Shown here piece by piece: positions 15,015-29,165 of a DNA stretch of 64,000 nt. Position numbers and translations under genes: made by a program. Numbering within the stretch: the stretch's first letter is position 1; each line of letters opens with the position of its first letter. Origin of the DNA: Azolla caroliniana (Eukaryota; Plantae; Polypodiophyta); assembly GCA_043228905.1 (NCBI GenBank), contig JBHGNT010000009.1, positions 2,170,001 through 2,234,000 on the forward strand, read 5' to 3'. Below the pieces are notes generated by a model. The model was not told where the DNA came from, ran no database searches, and saw only the letters and a list, made by a program, of their open reading frames with translations.

Positions 15015-15500
15015 ATAGGATGAGTGATAATGATGTCGGGGATTGAAGCATATTTCCATGAGGAGAGGTAGAGAGGATTCTTATTTTGTTTCTGTAGGTA
15101 AATTTTTTGGTGATAATCGGCGAGAGCCAGATGGTTGATGTGGACTAAATGAAGCAGACTTTTTGTTTTTTATCAAGATAGTGGTGATGGTGTGGGGGCT
15201 GAAGCATACCATGAGGAGATAAGGAAACTTTCTAGACTCTTTTTGTTGTTGTTCGTACAGGACTTTGGTGGTAATCGGCGAGATGGTTGATGTGGACTAA
15301 ATGAAGTAGATTTTTGTTTTGTGATAAGGATGAGTGAAGATGGTGTGGGGTCGAAGCATACTTTCTTGAGGAAATGAGGACACTATATCATCTTGTTGTT
15401 ATAGGTACATGATTTTGATGGTAACCGTTGACATGGCTAATGTGGGAACATGAACAATACTTCTCGAGGTTGTGATAAACCTAAGTGTTGATGGTGTATA
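15015..15500. repeat. Degenerate tandem repeat, about 160 bp x 3
   Basis: GATGGTTGATGTGGACTAAATGAAG and GAAGCATA cores recur. Confidence 0.75.
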
Positions 15501-15563
15501 GGTTTCATAGAAGTATATTCCCAATGATCGTGGAGATGAAGGAGATGGTTAGTTTCGACATAG

Positions 15564-16006
15564 TGTCATGATATGGCAAGACTTGAACCCATGACCTTAT
15601 GTTACATGGGTCGAGCTCTTACCATTATGCTATGTATTGTAATACAAAGGATATTATTTTCATTTAAGTTTTACTATAGAAAATTGATGTATATTCCAAA
15701 TTTCTTTGGAACATTCTAGAAACTTCAGGAGTACTCCTGAGAACACTATAAAAGGAGGCACAAGGCATTATTTCGAACCAAATTGGTTCAACGCCAGTCT
15801 TAAGCCTCCTAGCTACTATTGTATATTCCCTTAACATAATATATCTTTTGTTATCCTTATTCTCTCTCTCTCACACACTCTCTCTTTCCTTCCCTCGAGA
15901 GTTCTACACCTCCCTTAGTACTAATCCTCATCTTTTAGTACTAATTCCTTCTCTATTTTAGTATTGTTCCTAACAATACTTCTCTGTCTTAGTACTACTC
16001 ATGACA
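15564..16006 (+). mobile_element. Solo LTR (443 bp)
   Basis: Termini TGTCATGA...TCATGACA form an 8-bp inverted repeat with TG..CA ends. Flanks CATAG/CATGG give a 4/5 target-site duplication. Internal CTATAAAAGG TATA box, then a CT-rich R/U5-like region. Confidence 0.75.
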
Positions 16007-16189
16007 CATGGGAGAGGATAGTTGTGGGCTAACCAAGGCAGCCCACTACGTTTTATTCCAAGGTGGAGAATATGTTAAAGGAAAACAAGCTAGGGAAGAT
16101 TGTTCTCAATAGGGAACCAGAGGACATGCTCACATTCAAATAGAGGATAAAGTTCTATGTTCATTACATGGTATGTGGAACATGGACCT

Positions 16190-16405
16190 ACTTTGTGGAT
16201 ATGTTGAGTATGGTATGTTGGTATGGTTCTGTTGAAGATCTTCGGTACATGCTGAACCAGATGCAAACAGAGGGTGTATCCCCAAGTTCAGCCATCTTTG
16301 TTTGCAACATGAAGAAGATGGGTTCCAAAGTCTCCTAACTACAGAAACATGGATGTTTTGATGAAACACTAAGAGTTTTGAGATGATGGAGCTTGATGGC
16401 ATCCA
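16190..16405 (+). pseudogene. Degenerate PPR-like gene fragment
   Basis: Translates to ...YMLNQMQTEGVSPSSAIFVC... and KHGCFDETLRV(fs)EMMELDGI, resembling the ends of PLS-class PPR motifs. Confidence 0.5.
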
Positions 16406-16407
16406 TG

Positions 16408-17050
16408 AATTTGCAATTGTTGTTGGTTATCTAAACCAGATTTTTGCGGAGGGAGAGTGATTGCATTTCATTCATTGGGACTTCTAAAAATTTGCAGAAA
16501 CAAAGTCAAAGTTTTAGCAGTGCTTGGGAGAGTTGTTAGTCAAGCACTCGATCTAACTGGGTATTAGTATACCGGCAGACCTTCAGTTGTGAAGACTACC
16601 ACTCATCATTCTAGTGTGCATTTAAACTCAAATGTTCTTACAGACAGAGATGTTTGGATGCCCGCGAAAGATTTGAGAGAATCTTTGACGGACTTAAGTG
16701 AATTGCCAAAGTTAACACAGATTGAACCAAAGAGCACTAAACAGTTTGAATTTTGTACAAAAGGAGGGTCAAAATTATGGCAAGGATAGAAAGGAACCAA
16801 GATATCACTGGGGGGTTTTGAGAAAAAACTGTATTGATAGCTTCGATCAGAAAAATGTTGCTCAATATGCTTATGGATTGGCTGCCTTAAGTCATCACTT
16901 ATTCTCCTTGGGCTTATCAGATATTCCCAAGGTTGATGCACACGACAATATAGCAGATGCTCTGATGGATATGTATCAAAATATGGGAGATGCATTGGCA
17001 TGACAATATGGTGGATCTGTTGCTCATACTATTGTTTTTCTTGAGAGGTA
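16408..17050 (+). pseudogene. SAC/FIG4-family phosphoinositide phosphatase pseudogene fragment
   Basis: Reads EFAIVVGYLNQIFAEGE*LHFIHWDF*KFA...VLAVLGRVVSQALDLTG, then GVLRKNCIDSFDQKNVAQYAYGLAAL...MDMYQNMGDALA*QYGGSVAH. Has stops and frameshifts; the catalytic CIDCLDRT motif is degraded. Confidence 0.85.
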
Positions 17051-20000
17051 TAGAAGGGAAACCCTCACTTTGGGAGTTGGATTCTAATTATTCTTTACAC
17101 GTTGGGAGTGGTGGTGATGATTCACATACATGTGATGCTTGGTATAAGAAGTTGCTTTCAAGTGTGGACTTAATTAAGGACTTCTTTTTAGCTGCACATA
17201 CCTAATTATGCAAAGCTTACAAAGGAATATGCTTGTTGATGAGGGTGAGAGGATGCCATATGAAAACATGTTTGTTTGGAATTAATTTGTAATGTTGTAG
17301 TTGATATGTTTTTTTTAAACTAATGGAAGTATATTTTGTTTTGAAAAAAATAAAATAAAATAATCATAAGTAAAAAACATGTACATACATCTCAATTAGT
17401 TAGTTTGGAAAGCCATATGGAGGAAAGAGGTTCTTAATGGAGGAAACTGTCTCTTCATGGATATAGAAGAGAGAGAATAATGACCAAAAGGTCACCCTAA
17501 ACTTGGAAGAATCTCAAGGCATTTTGTACACAAGAGCTCTTGCCTTTTTGTATAAGTTAGAATACCTAAAGGGTCCATTTCACATTTTAAGACTGTTGGG
17601 CATATTAGTCATTGTTGCCTAATAAATTGTAGTTCTCCATGAATTACAATATGACCATATTTCTTGTATACATTTGATTTGTAACCAATATTCTAGATTG
17701 GAATTAAAGCTCATAAGGTTGCTAAAACTAAAGAAAATGTCATTATTTCCTTTAACATACGTCAAGGGTTATGCTTGAGTCAATGATAGGTGGTTAAAAC
17801 ACGGATATTGGATTGGGTAGTCAATGTGGTTATGGTGGGAAGAATGGACGTGGTGAATATGGAAAGGAAAAGACAATGGCTAATGGAATTAGGGGAATCC
17901 AAAGGGGCTCACCATATAATTAAGTAGGGTATGAACAAGATAAAATAATCGATTCAAAGAAACAAGACCCTCATCATGACATCTACTTTGCCCATGCCAT
18001 CTTTTGACTCATACTTAAGGATGTACTAGTTTGGTATGTGTGGATGTCGTGATGTAGCGTGTGCAAACATGCAAAAGCATGAGAAAAGTAAGTTGAACAA
18101 AGAAAGGCTTGGGATTCTCAGCAAAGTGGTCATTTGAAGAAAAAGGCAAAAAAATAAATGAAGCAGAGCTAAATGGCAAATGTTAACCATCCTAACAAAT
18201 GGTTAACCATCCCAAGCGTCATCATTCCGCATGCCAAAGCCACTATAACATATTATTTTTCTTGTCATGAAATCTTAATCTTATTTATTAGAGGTAGGAT
18301 TTGGACTTGTGCTTTTGAATGATTTTTTCCCGCTCCATTCGGAAGAAGGGGAATATAAATGAATATATGTCTTTAGGGGAAGCTTTAGAAAATAGGGAGA
18401 AGGGTAGTTTAGGTATTTTTGTTTTTTTATTAAAATAAGAAGGCATTTCGGGAATATAATGTTCCCTTCGGAATTGTGTAGGGACAAACAAGTAGGAAGG
18501 GTAGTGTGGAACCTAGGCTCGAAGTGAAGTCTAGGTTCAACCAATCATGTGTAAGGCTAAAAAATAAGGTCTAGCACATAAATTGTCATTGGGCAACAAT
18601 AGTTAGAAATAGTTGCCATGGGGTCAATAGGCTTATGGTATGCATTCTCTTGGCCTCCATCTTTGATCGAATTGGCTTCATATGAGCAACGTTGTTGTTC
18701 ATAGTTCTCCTCCTCTTGCTTTTTATAGCTAGGGTTAAGTCAGCCTTAATAAAGGTTCATTTTATTTGTTCAAAGTAGCAACGCTAGTATTTTGAGCAAG
18801 ATTGACCCTTTACATACATCCACATAATCATATTCACATGTACTTAAATAGTTTTACACTGACACGTATGAGCATGTCCACACACAAGTAAAAAAGCCAA
18901 ATGTATATGAGAACCCCCTAGACTCATATACATATAATGTATGTGCACAATATAACACAAACACGTAAAAATGTGCACACAATTTTATCTAAAGACTCTT
19001 GCACTTGCAACATACGTACATTCACATTACACATAGAGGTGTACGTACATTTTGCCAAACACATACAATATATTTATGCATAAAAAATGCACATGTACAT
19101 GTGCACCCACAAGTATCGAAGAAGGGAAATCGTCAAACAACAATCATGTGACAATGTACACACTTGGTTGTTGCAAAACTGCATAAGCAATGTGATCAAA
19201 TCCAATTGCCCTTGTCCAATACCACATTGGTCCTGGTCTCACCTTTCACATTCTTCTCTCTTCACGAACTTGTTTGGCCATCCATGTGTGCTTACTAATT
19301 AGTTGAACCCATACGTAATTAGTTTTTACGCTACCATGGGTTTTTTAGACCTTGAAATTTGTAGTCTAGCTCAAGTGTGGCTTCGATCAAATTCGGAATT
19401 TGGTACTACAAAGCTTGCATTTCTCACACTGATGGTCATGTTGCATGGTAATCTTTAGTAATATGAAACACTACTCAAGTTGATAAAAAAGTCATTATTC
19501 TTCTTTGTGAACTTCCTGCCATGATTTTGGGTTGATTCATTTGGCATGAGGTATGAAAATGTTGATAAACTACAATTATGGATTTCTTCTAATTATTGAT
19601 AAACTAAATCTACATCAGATTGCCCTGAATGCCTAGTGAATTATGGAGCTGATGATAAACTATGTAATAAGTTTGATTTCTTCTCCTTAGTGACCAACAT
19701 AACTTATATTGGATTGCCCAATTCCCTTGTAGTTTCATTTATAATCTTAAAGAAAATACATACGTATCTCTATCAGTCTAGATTATTAAAAAATAAAATT
19801 ATATAATATATATATATATATATAACTATGAAATAAATAGAAAAATCTATACTAACTAAATGTGTTTATGCACACCTTGGGGCACGTGTGTATTAAGGCC
19901 GACCATTAACTTTATAAATGGGTGATGCCTTTTCATTAAATGAGCTTGATACCTTATATATCTCACTCAGTCTTTCATGATTACTAACTGTTCCTGACTT

Positions 20001-21926
20001 CCATGTGTACTGCATAAAAGTTCTGTGTAAACAAAGCTCCCTCTCTCTTGTATCAAGTATTGATTAGCATTTGATTTTGTTGATTGTATAATCTTTCCCA
20101 ATTTATTAATACAAGTTTTTAAGCTTAAACTCCCTCTTCTATATTAAGCATTGATTAACATATGATTTTTTTTGTATTCTAATATTCCCCAATTTCTTAC
20201 AGCACACATTTATTTAGTTTTGTAGTGTGATGAATATCTATTTAGTTCGTTAATCTTCGGACGGTGTCAGAAAATTATGGTTATTTATTGGCATAGCCTC
20301 TCTGGTTTGTATGTGTTATTCTTGAAGCAATTTTTATATGAAAATTGTGTGCAATACATATGATATGAGAAGAACACAACAAACTTTCACGACATCATTC
20401 GGAGTTGATGGGGCTGCAAGTTGTGACACTAATGTTTACACTGATGAGCTCATGGGACACCTTTGCACAATGCTTGGTATGAGTACACGAGTCACTGCCC
20501 TATCATGCAAAAATATATGTGGGGCACTTCGTAGTGAAGAGATACATTGAAAGTCAGTAGATGTTGATACATATGCCCATGAAGTTCTTCTATTTGGTGA
20601 CTTCCTTCGTATGTTCTACTACATTTCTTGAATTGAAGATTTGCACGCAAAAATGTTACATTGCTGGGACGATACCTAATGAGAATGTTTGTGAGATAAT
20701 GTGGTGGGGAATACGTAGATACATGCATAAGATAGTGAATAAGGGATGAAATATCATGCATTTAATATGAAAGCGTGGTAAATACTAATGAGTACGAATT
20801 TTATGAGCTGAGTAGTGTAGTAAAAACTTAAGATTTGCTTTTGTTTTGTTCTTACACAACAGAAACTATGTGATTTGGTCTCTATCACTCGCTTCTCTCT
20901 TTATAACATGGATTGTGATGAATGTGGGACCCTAAAACCTACATATTAAGCATGCTTAAAAATATATGAAAATAGGATGTCAATGACTATAAATTATAAT
21001 ATTAAAAATATGATGATGATTATCGCTAGCATATGTATGCTATGATACCTTAATGCTTAGACAACTACAATAGGAAGTCAGGACTACGGTATAGCTCATC
21101 ACAAATCTTTAGTCTTGACTATGCTTTGAGGTTGATTTGAATAACTAAGGACCATAACATGAGTGCAGATGAAGCCATTAGCCATTCGATAAACGAAAAA
21201 TGGAAGCTCACTTGTCTCATTGGCATTAGGATCAACATGAATCTTGAACTTTAAGACAAAACACCGTCATTCCTTTATAGACCCCATAATATAAAATAAC
21301 CTTTACAATTCCTGAAAGTTATTATTATTATATATTCGTCAAGCAACCAAGATTTGGAAGGAGGTTGCCATAGAGCGAATCAATTGTATGTTTAACTACG
21401 GTGTGGTATAGGGCTCGAACTGTTGTGTCAAGGAACATGATGGAGTCGGTCCACACGGCATCATCAATTTCTCCATTTGGGTGGACACAAGAGGAGAGAA
21501 ACATCGTGAAGTCGAGCACGTGCTTCGATTGGCTCAAGCTACTTTGTGATTGATGGATGGGTCGCATGTGCTCCCAGTTTATGCCCTTCGGGCCACAGAT
21601 TCAAACATAATGTTTATATGTATCCTGTACTTTGGCAACTAATTCAAGCATAATGTTTATATGTATCCTGTCCTTCGGCAACCGATTCAAGCATATGTGT
21701 TATGTGAGCTACAATGATAGCTAAAATTTTAAATTAAAGGTGACTCACTCACATTGGATCATCATGAAAATACTGGATCTGAGCCATTGACCTTATATTT
21801 TATCCTTAATACCAAAGGATACACTAATGTTCTTCCATCTGTTATTATAATTAGGGTTTGTTTTTTTATTAAAAGAAACCTCTCTTTTTTAGGGTTTAGG
21901 GTTTTAGGCATTTGTGAATTTCTTTT

Positions 21927-21973
<47 letters not shown>

Positions 21974-22267
21974 CTATTTTCTATTGTGTTTGAATTGACT
22001 TGACCTCCTTCCTTCCCCCCCTGCTCTCTGTTTTCTTCTTCTGCAGAAGTATGTAGTGTGTAATAAATAATAAATGAAAAAAAACACTTCCCCTGTTTCC
22101 TCTTCTTCCTGCTTCTTCCCCTGTTCCAATTCTTCCTTCTTCTTCCCCTGTTCCATATCTCTTTCTTCCTTTCTTCCTTTCTGCAGACAAATGATGACCC
22201 AAATCATCAAGTAGCCCACATAATCTACAGAAGGAGAAAAGAAAAAGTATCTTAACAAGAAAACGCT

Positions 22268-25200
22268 ATGGTTTCTCCATCTCTGTTTCTCCATTATCAT
22301 CATCTGAATCATATTCTTCTTCTCCTAATCTCCATAGCTACATTTGCCACTGCTATTCATCCCACCTACGGAGTTTCCGCTCAATCTCTGTCAGAAGAAG
22401 CCATGGCGTTATTGTCACTAAAAGCTTCACTTAGAGACGAGTCAGGAAGCCTGAAGGATTGGGAGGTTCGCGGGGACGAACTCAGCCCCTGCACATGGAC
22501 AGGTATCACCTGCTCAGCAGGAGAAGGAGAAGGAGAAGACGATTACCTTCATGTAACCTCACTTAATCTCTCCGGTAAGAATCTGTCAGGATACCTCTCC
22601 ATAGCCATAGCCAAGCTCTCCTCCCTCAAGCACCTCTCTGTTTCTGCCAACAATCTGTCAGGGGATTTCCCTTCTCAGATTCTCACAAACCTCACAAATC
22701 TCAGAGTTCTCAACATATCTAATAATTTCTTCAATGGCTTCTTCCCAACGCCATTAGGGTTTCCCTCTTCACTTTCCCAGCACTCCCTGGAGGTCTTCGA
22801 TGCTTTCAACAACAATTTCACAGGCAAGCTTCCATTAGAGCTCAGTCTACTTGTCAACCTCACCCATCTCCACCTCGGTGGCAACTATTTCAGTGGCACC
22901 ATACCCCCCCAATATGGAAACCTGCTCAACCTTCAATACCTTGCGTTATCAGGAAACGCCTTATCTGGTAGAATACCTCCCCAATTAGGAAACCTGTTAA
23001 ACCTCCAAAGGCTGTATTTAGGCTACTTCAATCAATTCCAAGGGGGGATTCCTGTGGAGCTAGGGAGGCTAACTAACCTAGTTAGGCTGGACTTGGCTAG
23101 TTGTGGATTAAGTGGGCCAATCCCTCCTATTTTGGGATCTCTAACTAGGCTAGATTCATTATTTTTGCAAACTAATAGTCTAGTTGGCCCTATCCCTATC
23201 GAGTTAGGGAACCTAACTAGCCTCAAGTCCCTTGATCTCTCTAACAATAGGCTCACTGGATCCCTCCCAATTCAGTTGGCATCTCTAACCAAGTTAGAGC
23301 TACTCAATCTCTTCTTAAACAGTCTTAATGGCTCCATCCCTTCTTATATAGGAGACTTACCAAAGCTTCAAGTCCTCACACTCTGGGAGAATAACTTCAG
23401 TGGTTCTGTTCCACAACAACTTGGTAGTAATGGTGAGCTTTTAGAGGTAGACCTTTCTTCTAATTACTTAAGTGGCCCTATCCCTCCTCATCTATGTAAG
23501 AGCAGGAAGCTTCACCGGCTTATATTGTTAAGGAATCGATTTGAAGGTCCCATACCGACTGGGCTTGGGCTTTGTCCGAATCTAGTTCGGGTCCGGTTGG
23601 GGCAAAATTTGTTAAATGGGTCTATCCCTAATTCTCTCTTATCTCTTCCAAAGCTAGATTTACTTGAGCTTTCTTACAATAATCTTGATGGTTCTTTCCC
23701 GAATATGATCCCAATGCACGACACGAGATTGGGTAGTTTAGATTTATCCAACAACAAGATTGGTGGCACAATTCCACCCACAATCGGACTCTTCTCTGCG
23801 TTGGTTGATCTCGATCTTTCATCTAACTTCATCATTGGAACCATCCCTAATGAAGTAGGATCTCTGAAACACCTAGCTAAGCTAGACCTTAGTATGAACA
23901 AAATGTCGGGAGTTATCCCCAAGGTTATCGGTGAATGTTCGAGCCTCGCTAACCTCGACCTTAGTCACAACTATTTTGAAGGTGGAATTCCACCTGAAAT
24001 CTCTCATCTTAATGTCCTTGCTTCTTTGAACTTATCAAGGAATCTCTTCAATGGGACAATTCCTGATTCTTTTCAAACCATGGTCACTCTTACTAGTGTT
24101 GATTTCTCCTTCAATAACCTCTCAGGCCTGATACCTACACAAGGCCAATTTGCAAACTTCAATTGGACTTCATTCATGGGCAACCCTCAACTTTGCGGGA
24201 AACAGATGATGGAGAATTGTAAAATCAATGCAAAGACTACTTCTAGTAGGCAATCAAGGTCTATCATATATGGAATGGGTGGCCTAGTTGTGGGTCTTTT
24301 TATACTTACCTTGAGTGCACTTATCTTTGTCTTGAGAAATGACCAAGACAAGAAGTTCCTATGGTCCTTGTTTAGGGCAAATTTCCTCGAGAAGAAGAAG
24401 AAGAAGAGTTGGAAATTAACCGCATTCGAGAGGCTTGATTTCTCTGTCTCTGATGTGTTACAGTGCTTATCAAATGAGAATATCATTGGGAAAGGAGGCT
24501 CAGGGACAGTGTATAAGGGTCTAATGCCAGATGGTAAAATGGTGGCTATTAAGAGGCTTCCCACAATGCGAAAGACCTCATATACGAAGGATGAGGAAGA
24601 AGAGCAGCTCGATGACCATGGATTCTCGGCCGAGATCTTAACACTTGGGAACATCCGGCATCGGCACATTGTACGGCTATTAGGTTGTTGTTCGAATCAC
24701 GACACAAATCTCTTGATTTATGAGTATATGATCAATGGGAGTTTAGGAGAGCTATTACATGGCCCTCGGGGTTGTTCCCTAAGTTGGGCCTCAAGGTTCC
24801 GGATCGCCCTGGAAGCTGCGAAGGGTCTTTGTTATCTACATCACGATTGTTCGCCTCTTATTGTGCATAGGGATGTGAAATCGAATAACATTCTTCTCGA
24901 TTCGAACTTCGAAGCTCATGTTGCAGACTTTGGATTGGCTCGGCCACTTCCGGATTCGGGGAAATCAGAATCCATGTCCTCAATTGTCGGCTCTTATGGC
25001 TACATTGCTCCTGGTAAGAAAACACAAGATATTTCCACTCTTTCTCTTCACAGTTTAAAATAAAACCTGACCCTAAAATTAACCCTTAACCACGAGCACT
25101 AGAGGGTGTTTAGTGCTCTCGTGCCTAAACTTAGCCCTAAGCTCCAATACCCCTGATACTAACCCTAGACCATCTGTTTTTAATTATAAATATAACCATG

Positions 25201-25705
25201 TGATACCAATCTCTCCATGTCTTCTAATCACTTTGTTAATACACCTTCAGAGTATGCCTACACACTCAAGATCAATGAGAAGAGCGACATCTACAGCTTC
25301 GGCATCGTTCTCCTCGAGCTTCTAACAGGACGACGGCCCATTGAACCCGAGTATGGAGATTGTATCGATATTGCGAGATGGGTTCGAAAACATGTCCGTG
25401 ATTCGGCTGGAGTCGAAGTAGCAGGTGGAATGTTGTCGCTGCCACCATCATCATCATTATTAGATGTGTTGGATGGAAGATTAGGTTTAATTGAAGGATC
25501 AAGGCATGTACATGAGGCTGTGGTATTGCTTAAAATCGCACTAAGATGTTTGGCTGATGTTCCTGACCAACGCCCTACCATGCGAGATGTTGTTCAACTT
25601 CTTTCGGATAGTGTCATTAGTGTGGACAATGTGAAGGACATGTCACTTCCCCTAACAATAGAGCAAGGTGGCCCAGCAAGTCCTCCGCACTTGATATCTA
25701 TTTGA
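22268..25705 (+). CDS. CLAVATA1/BAM-type LRR receptor-like kinase (LRR-XI), about 1066 aa; exons 22268-25013 and 25251-25705
   Basis: Signal peptide, about 21 LRRs including [16 protein letters not shown] helix, [11 protein letters not shown] juxtamembrane motif, and kinase motifs [14 protein letters not shown] and DFG. Single intron at GYIAP^EY, the conserved position in this clade. Confidence 0.95.
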
Positions 25706-27099
25706 TTTGTTGGAGAGATGTTTTGTGGTTTATGGTTTGGGACTCAAATCTAAGTCTTGTAACCTTAGGCCAACTACCTCTTTTACATGCAAAAAATGTG
25801 ATGGGTTGTATTCTTTTGCTTGTGGATTAAGCCTTTTTTCTCTTGTGCCAAAGCATTAATAGGCATATTTGATAATGAATGCCCTCACATCCAGAGCTCT
25901 AACAATGTCATATTGATTTTTTAACCACAAGAAGATAAGGTTGGCTTTACTTTTTAGTCTTAAACCAATCAACTGAATTTGGTAAAAATACCCTAAATCT
26001 TACAAATCAATTCACTGAAGTGTTATCAATTATTTTAACCAATAAGTAAGTTGTTTTAAATTTTATGATTCTTAAGAAGACATTGTTTCCTTAGCCTTAG
26101 AAAGGGCCACATATAAATGGTTCAAATAGTACATATAAGCACTTAGGAGGGGGTGATTGACCAAGGTTGTGCGGAGAAAGATTGAATAAGCAAAAGCATT
26201 TGAGTAACTATTTTAATTGTAGTGGTATTGAAGGGAAATTTTAAACGTATTTATTTCCAAAACTTACAATGTAAATAACAAAACATTGTTTAGAGTCAAT
26301 TATATGAAAGTTTTGAACTTCTAATGTAACTTTTTGTAGAGGCACAGTTGATGTTGAAAGTAAATAATAAAACATTGAATGGAAAAAGAGGCAAGTGGAC
26401 AAATTCAAATTTTAGGCTTTGGAGGGTTTTTGTTCCCGCCACTTGCCAAAAATGTGGCAACATCCAAATCAAAAGCTCTATTGAACAACAAAATCTTTTT
26501 GTTGGTTCTTATTTATCAACAATACCACATAACTTTGTGTTACACAAAGTTCATGTTCCTATTGATTATATTTGCTTTCCTAGAATGTGTTGTGCATTAC
26601 AATGAGCAAACGAAATACATTTATAAGAGATGTAATTCTTTTCTTCACTTTGAAACGTGACATTACAAGTAAAACAATTATTTGTCAACCTAAAAGTGGG
26701 CATCATTCTTGTAAAGAAATGCAAATATGATGGATGGACCTTATGTTGACATCGTTGAATTGAACTAATTAGCAATGAGAATGTGGTTCAACTACAACAA
26801 ATCACCTAATGGCAACCTAATTTAATACTTTGTACACGTTGCTACAATTACAATTGGCCATTCATGAGTGTATTGTTTGGTAATGTTAGGTAGCTATACT
26901 TCGCTTATGACAATTCCAATGTCAATGCAACACATTGTGAAGAATAAAAGAAGCTCATAAAAATATTACATTGTCAATGAAGAAGATTAATGTTTTAGTG
27001 GGAACACTTGAGATGATGCTAATCAATCATCACATGCTATGAATACCAATTGTTATTGGCCCAATCAATGAATGTAATTTGAAGACTATTTCATAAGAG

Positions 27100-27915
27100 T
27101 AAGAGCAAGAGAAAAATCAATTTTAATCTCTATGAACATTTTACCATTAAGATACATGCTAATACCAAAAGGTGATTAATCAAAGGGGATCGTTCATTAT
27201 GCGGTTCGTGTTAGGGTTTGGATGTATTGTAAGGATGTGGATTAGATGTGTGATTAAATTAGAAAACCCTCTCTTCATCACCTATTCTGGTCATGTATGG
27301 CTACTAAATTGGTTTGGAAAAGGTTTTTACGTCTCTTGCATGATGTATATGGCTCTAGAGTATATACATGGGGGGCAATAATGTGGGTTGATATTAAGGG
27401 TGAGGTACAAGATTATGAAAAAGAAAAGGTTAACTTTGCATTATATACAAGAGGTCCATATGTTGAGGAAGGGTCGCCATGTATGCCTATTAATTCAATA
27501 CAAAATGGGTTGGTTTGGGAGATTATTAGTTTAATAACCTTATTGGTTTTGTGGACTAGTGGATGTCAAAGGATATTTCAGTAAATTCAATGGAATGTTG
27601 TGGATGTGGTCGAGGAGATTTGGCTTACCTTCGTGCATACACTAAAAGGAGAACATGATGCTATCAAGGGCGATTCAAATGTAGTCTTTCGAAAAAAAGG
27701 GTTTTTAAGAAGAGATGGGAAATTATAAATGTATTCTGCATGGTTAATGGTTGTATATGTTGGAGATATCAGCCACCTCTTTGGGTATTTCCTCCACCAA
27801 CATGAGGCATGTGGCCATGTATAACTATTCTTGGTAATGCTTTCAAATTGGGAGATATGTATATCTATGGCAGTCTAAGAGCAATTGAAAAGGTAAAAAT
27901 CTATGTTGAAGTATC
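27100..27915 (+). mobile_element. Degenerate LINE 3' fragment
   Basis: Remnant peptides similar to the 11.4-12.1 kb element (IWLTFVHTLKGEHD vs LWLLLIHTLQGHYE); shares sequence with 8155-8412. Confidence 0.6.
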
Positions 27916-28596
27916 ATGTAATCTCTTATTGGAAAAACAATAATAATGAATAGATGCAATTAAGACAATCTTCTAATAGTATGCTTAGATAACATAAAGA
28001 AATTGCATATCCAAAGTCTAACAAAGCTTGCTCGAAAATATGTTACAGAAGGTACATGGACAATCAAGGGTATTTGAGACACCCTCTACTTCACAAAGAA
28101 GATTTTTCGATGAGGTAGACCGAGATATCATTCATGACTTTGTCTAGACACGTATTATTTTGTGATGCTATGCAATCGTTGACACTCTAGATATGTTACT
28201 TTACTTTACTAAGGTCGTTGATTTTAAACACATATGATATATCACATATTGCCTATATACATCACTTGATTCCTCTTTGTCTTCCTCTCCTCTATTACTT
28301 TTTTTTATGAGATGAAGTACCACAAGATCCATGCCAGATGGATAGATGAGCAATTGCAGGATTGTGATAAGGTAAGCATCACATTGCTCTATTAATAACA
28401 CTAATGTCTAGTGAGCATAAATACTCGATGTGGGAATAGGCAATTCAAGGTCGAGAGCAATGGCAATGAGAAGATCAAACTGTTTTTTGTGAAGTGTGAG
28501 TGAAGCAAGAGGTATACATTTTCTTTTTATCCCATATTCAAATGCAAGTTAAACCTTGGGCTATAAAGAAGAAAATATTATCCCTTGCAAGAGTGT

Positions 28597-28684
28597 ACTA
28601 TTCTTTCGCCTTTTCCTACCTCAAACACCTTAATCCTAATTTTTTGAATTGGGGAAGCTTGGATTGTCATTAAATTGAGCTTCA
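28597..28684 (+). pseudogene. U5: U5 snRNA pseudogene A (5'-truncated, internally deleted, long-hairpin class)
   Basis: ACTATTCTTTCGCCTTTT is joined directly to CCTACCTCAAAC. Sm site AATTTTTTG and a GGGGAAGCT...GAGCTTC hairpin follow. USE-like ATCCCATATTC at 28529, TATA at 28562. Confidence 0.75.
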
Positions 28685-29165
28685 CATTAGCAAATCTCAA
28701 GCACAACAAAATGGCAAACTGGCCATCTTGTATTATGACTTATAAAGCATCATGATGCAAGAGATTTGAAGATTTTTGTTATGATCGTGATGAAAGAGGT
28801 TAAATGATTTTTGTTATGATTATGTTGAAAGAGGTTTAATGAAAATTGATTAAATGTATTCGATCTTGCTCACTTTGTGCCTTGTTGTACACGAGATGAT
28901 TGAAATGAGGTATAAAATGAACAAGAGGATTGGTCACATGCTCTCGGATGTCAAAGTTTCATCCTTGATGTAAAAAGACAATAGTTAACACGAATAGGAA
29001 ATCAAGGAAAGTGGCATGACGTGGCGATTACAAAAAGGGAAATTGTTGTTTATCCATGAATGAGTTGTAGATATAGTTCTCTCACGTTAGTTTATTCCAT
29101 ATGCAAGCAACAATAGGAAAATGTAGATGGTCTAAAAATACAAATAATAGTTACCCATGAATTTC

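Noticed and set aside
19846-19900. TCTATACTAACTAAA Helitron-like 5' end
   Set aside because: No matching 3' hairpin plus CTRR terminus was identified.
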